A stretch of DNA of 12,372 nucleotides, taken from assembly GCA_020137815.1 (NCBI GenBank), contig WFME01000031.1, positions 1-12,372 on the forward strand, read 5' to 3'. Made by a program: the position numbers and the translations under genes. Origin of the DNA: Hormiphora californensis. Lineage: Eukaryota > Animalia > Ctenophora. Each line of letters starts with the position of its first letter. Positions within the stretch are counted from its first letter, which is position 1. The notes under the pieces were generated by a model. It was not told the origin of the DNA. It did not search any database and saw only the letters and a program-made list of their open reading frames with translations. Positions 8,285 through 12,372 of this stretch are shown here, piece by piece.

Positions 8285-11200
8285 AGTAGTATAGTGCGGA
8301 CAGTTGGGACCTATTTTAGCCTCCTAAGCGGGTCACCATTTTGTATGAGCATGTCAAGTGACTTCTAATTACCAAAATTATGCGGCGCTAGCAAGAGCTG
8401 TTCGCTAGAATATCGGGAGCGCCGGCAAGGGCCATGGAATTTATTTTGGCGCTGACAAGGACCCTAATTTTTGTTTGAAATTTCTGCGTGTTAGTGATGT
8501 CACCCCTATCACATTACACGAATTGCACCAGGTGTTCTGTTATAACTCAGTATTCCGGTGACTTTTCACTGGAAAGGAACAAGATTGGAACAGCGGGTAA
8601 TAGAACGGTATAGAATAAATTTAAAAAATGATTATCCCTGGTTTGATATTTGATTCCGTTAAAAACAACTTGAAGATCCATTGGCCCCCTATAAAATACA
8701 GTTCACTGTTTATTCAAATTGTACCAACGTGGTACAGGTGAAATGAAAACAAATTTAAAGTCTTTCTCCATTACACCACCTTCTCCATTACACCGCCTTC
8801 TAGTTGGAGATTCAGTACAGAGTAGTTCGGTCAGGCTTATTTCGTAGACCTTTGTCGATTGCTGGTTTCTTGCCTGACGCACCAGTAGCCTTGGAACGAG
8901 AGCTTTACTTTTGACGTTTATATGGAAACTGGCTTCTTACCGGAGGCGCTAGGTCTTTTCCGCTGGCCTGAACCAGATGCAGTCTTGAGCCATCATAAAA
9001 CCAGGGCTTTGATTTCCACCTTCGAGATAAAGAATCCTGTTGTCCTTTTGGTAACCATTATGTAAGCACTGTTCCGAGTTATTTCTCCTTCAAACTAACA
9101 CAGTTAAAGACACAGACTTTTAAAACTGGTAATAGATCCATAATATAATGACGCTCCATACAGTTTAGATACATAATACCTGTACCAGGTAAATTATTAC
9201 CGGAACAGTTTAAAAAAAAAAAAGATACTCTATATATTTTAAGCAGAGTCAGTAAATAACACACAATGTGTGACACATGCTAACTAAAAAATAAAATTAA
9301 CAAAGAAGAAAAAACTTCAAACATCTAGATACGTCGTAGACATCCCATCTTGTAAGACCTTACGTTTAACATAGATGTGGGATAAGCCCGACTTTTTAAC
9401 ATTGTATGTATACATCTGACCATCCTTGTACCTGAACCCTTTGTTAGTTTGATTTCAATATCATTTCTAAGTAGAACATTGCGATAGTCTTCAAAGGTAA
9501 GATTGTAGTGATGGGAGACTCCTTTGGAACTATACTTTGAGCTGGGTCCAGAGCAGAAATATGTCTTCGCATTTAGACCTATAAACGCATCCCCGGACCA
9601 CTCCTCTTTGAACAAACCTGAAAGAATAATGTTTTGTAGAGGTGTGTGACATACAGTGTGTCAAAGTAAGGAGAAGTATAATTAGTATGAAATATTTTGT
9701 ATTTAACATACCAGGCGTCCTTTTATCAAATGCCTTGTATTCAGGCCGGGGGAAGCGTTCTTGTTTGACAATTTCCCATTCTTCTCGCATCTCAGGTTTG
9801 ACAAGCTCGTCCAGAGAATCAGCAGCGAGTGCTAGATACAGAGAATCTAAAAGTTGTCGTGTTAGAAATTATCGAGTAATGGTCACTGATAATTGCAATG
9901 ATACCCTTCGCATCTGCACTCGCATTATACCTGTGTCCATTTCCAGCAGACAGAAATCTGTCCTCTCGATAAAGCGGTCCACAACATCATAGTAAAACTG
10001 TAGCATTTTGAGTTTGGCGTATGAATAAACCAAGAAACCCAACTGGATCGGGAGATCGTGAGTGATGCGCTTCTTTTTTAGCGTAACCTGCAGAGAACAA
10101 CTAATTAATGAAATGTCAGAAAACTGAAAAGACTCGAAGTTATCAAATATTAGTTATGTGTACCTCAAAAGTTTCATCATCTAGCTCTTCAAATCCATAC
10201 ATCAGGGGGTCATTGATCAGCTTGCTGGCTTTAACAAGACCAGTGATGCGAACGGTGGTGTGACGGTCCTTTCTCATCACTGAGTGCCCATACACACTAT
10301 TTCCAATAAGTTTTGACGTCTCGGCAATAGGCGCTTTGCTTGGGTCTTTGTCGCCTGGGAATAAATTATAGACAGAGAAGGTTACAAGCGTCAAGCATTG
10401 TTACCCCAGGCAGTAAACAGGGTCGAGTAAAGTAATGTTACCTGCTCTTCGATCATCGGACACATTTTCAGCAAACTTCTTGAAACAACGGAGAGGGTTA
10501 AACTGGATAAACTGATGGAGCTTTGTAACCACAAGTCCATTGTCGAGGTACCACTTTAGTAGTGGGGTTATCAAAAGAATTTGGGTTGCAAACATCGAAC
10601 CGATTAAATTCCTTCGTTCTTTGAATACCTCCCCACTCTCCTTCAGAACTTCCGTCATATATTCCCCGATGTCATCCGCTGATATTGTGGTATTCTTGAA
10701 CAGCGGTGTCATCTCACTGAATCTAGGAGGGAAGTTTCATAGTAGCTACATACACACATCATTGAATACGTGGAGAGAGGATATTACCTGTCTTTTAACT
10801 CCTTGGGAACATGAATGTCCACTTCAACAGCACCAAAGAGGGTACCGTCTTGGATAGATTTCAGAATTGTCTTTTCTGTCAGACGGTACTTATCCTCCAA
10901 AGGGTACAGATATTTAGTCGGTAGTGTAACAGTTTTACGAAGTGCTTTCCATTTACACTCCCACATTTCAACAACCTAAAGAAATGTTTGATAACTTGCT
11001 ACACAGGTTTACGCCATGTAAAAACATTTGAGTCATCGTCTTACCTTGTATCCATACAGCCTGAAACTATCTGTGATTTCAACGGTCTTTTCGTACCGCT
11101 CTTCAAAGCTCCATGTTCTTTTCTCAGTCACTTCCTCTCGGTTTTCAGTATAACAGTTAGGACACCCATGAAAGTAACAGCCATGGAACTGGTATATTGT

Positions 11201-12372
11201 CTGACTTTTCTGGAATAAGAGAGTAATTATAAACATTATAATAGGGTTAACTTGACTGTCAATTAATAATTAGAACAGATCTTAGAACAGATTCTTACTT
11301 GTGGAATCCATCTACAGGGATCTTCTTAGCACCAATCCGCACTTCTCCACTATTTCTAGCGTGTTGTATATCGATCTGTTGCTCCTGTTCGCACCAGCTC
11401 AACCACTCACAGGCCACTTTAGAAATGGGTGTTGGATACTGAACAAAGAAATCAGGGGCTCGCCTACGTAGTGGCATACCACAGGGCATGTCCTCCGCCA
11501 TACAGCCTGGAACAAGGTTATGTTAAAATCTAAGACCCCAATGACCGCCAATCAAAATAATACAGGGCGAGAAAAATTGTGAGATCTTGCGAATCGAACA
11601 TACCACAAAGTACACTTACACAGGTACAGGGCATTTGCATCGAATCCAATCACTTTCTTACAAATCTTCCCATAATCCTGGTGCCTTATCCTGGTAACAC
11701 CAGTCTCTTGATATCGATCAAAAATGATTGCTGGGCCTCCAACGTTATTAGAGAGAAACAGCTTGACCAAGTCCTTGTTCTTGTAATTGAAAAGATGAAA
11801 CGTTTCATCTCTCCCATTGAGTCCCTTGAACGCAATACGTTCTGCTATTCCAGGAACTGAAGTGGGTGTTACATCAAACAACTACTAACTTACAAGATTT
11901 ACTTGTTTTGAACACAACATGACAACTAATTACCTGACAGCGCCTCTTTAAATACATCCACACCACGGTCAATGTAATATGTCACCAGATTATCAATTGC
12001 TTCGAGGAGGGGCACTGTGTCTAGGTTGTTGTAGAACACAAGATAGTCTTTAATCGACCATGAGTTGCTGTCAAACATGGTTTTCAGCTGGTTGTACCGG
12101 AAATGACCAACCAGGCTCACCTCCTCTGGTGTCATTGGTTCGGCTCTGGATGGTGACCGCCCTAAAGCTATCGTCTCGTTGTCATTGAGAGTTTCTCCAG
12201 CCGCTGGTTCAAGCATATTCTTGTCTTTGAGGGAAGAGTAGAAATCTTGATAGGACGGAAACTCAGTAACCTGGAGCTTTTCATAAGCGTCCAGATGTTC
12301 ATATGGGAAATATGACTTTCTTTGTTTTGCCCCATAAGCCTTGGTAAAAGAGTCGAGACTATTTCCAGCGGG
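8285..12372 (-). mobile_element. Polinton/Maverick (endogenous polintovirus/adintovirus-like) terminal segment; continues beyond the window
   Basis: Polinton-type pPolB gene, plus an abrupt AGTAGT start of non-repetitive sequence at 8285 that matches typical Polinton AG/AGT-repeat termini. Confidence 0.78.
9317..12372 (-). CDS. Protein-primed family B DNA polymerase (Polinton pPolB) with VSR-like nuclease insert; 10 exons / 9 introns in window; two apparent 1-nt deletions
   Basis: Exons (minus): 12372-11934, 11856-11620, 11506-11299, 11209-11045, 10975-10788, 10722-10442, 10354-10164, 10087-9931, 9846-9712, 9617-9317. Motifs: KSYFPYE, ExoIII YNNLD, A IGFDANALY, B KLIGNSVYG, C EMDTDSLY, RTPGLFKEE, KTY, SSKGV, C-terminal NKGFR...YVKRKVLQDGMST. 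Confidence 0.93.

Noticed and set aside
8810-9280. Coding-like basic stretch on the minus strand (SASGKKP / GASGKKP) and ORF 9079-9276 downstream of pPolB; possible Polinton core-like protein
   Set aside because: No continuous frame or convincing splice model could be built.
9642-11860. Plus-strand ORFs opposite pPolB
   Set aside because: Antisense shadows with no motifs.
9618-11933. pPolB interruptions as inteins, self-splicing introns or introners
   Set aside because: They are short, stop-containing and GT-AG bounded with pyrimidine tracts, and show no obvious mutual similarity or terminal repeats.

Overview
Eukaryotic (probably invertebrate animal; taxon not determinable from the window) repeat-dense DNA. 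Left to right: microsatellites; a spliced Mutator/MULE DDE transposase gene with a SWIM zinc finger (+, 6 exons, 684-3225), whose long intron holds a TTAA-flanked MITE; two tiny inverted-repeat elements; a doubly truncated CR1/L2-type LINE fragment (-, SGNH-esterase ORF1, then ORF2 with a hydrophobic leader, NPGP and AP endonuclease); a small uninterrupted ORF for a secreted, cationic, His-rich betagamma-crystallin (5511-5807); a 2.2-kb non-coding piggyBac-ended foldback element with ~760-bp internal inverted arms; and the end of a Polinton/Maverick (AGTAGT terminus at 8285). The Polinton's protein-primed DNA polymerase B gene (-, 9317 to beyond 12372) is split by nine short GT-AG introns, one of them inside the catalytic DTDS motif. 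The intron-rich Polinton polymerase and the secreted crystallin are the most striking items. Splice models were assembled by hand from GT/AG sites and motif continuity, without transcript data.
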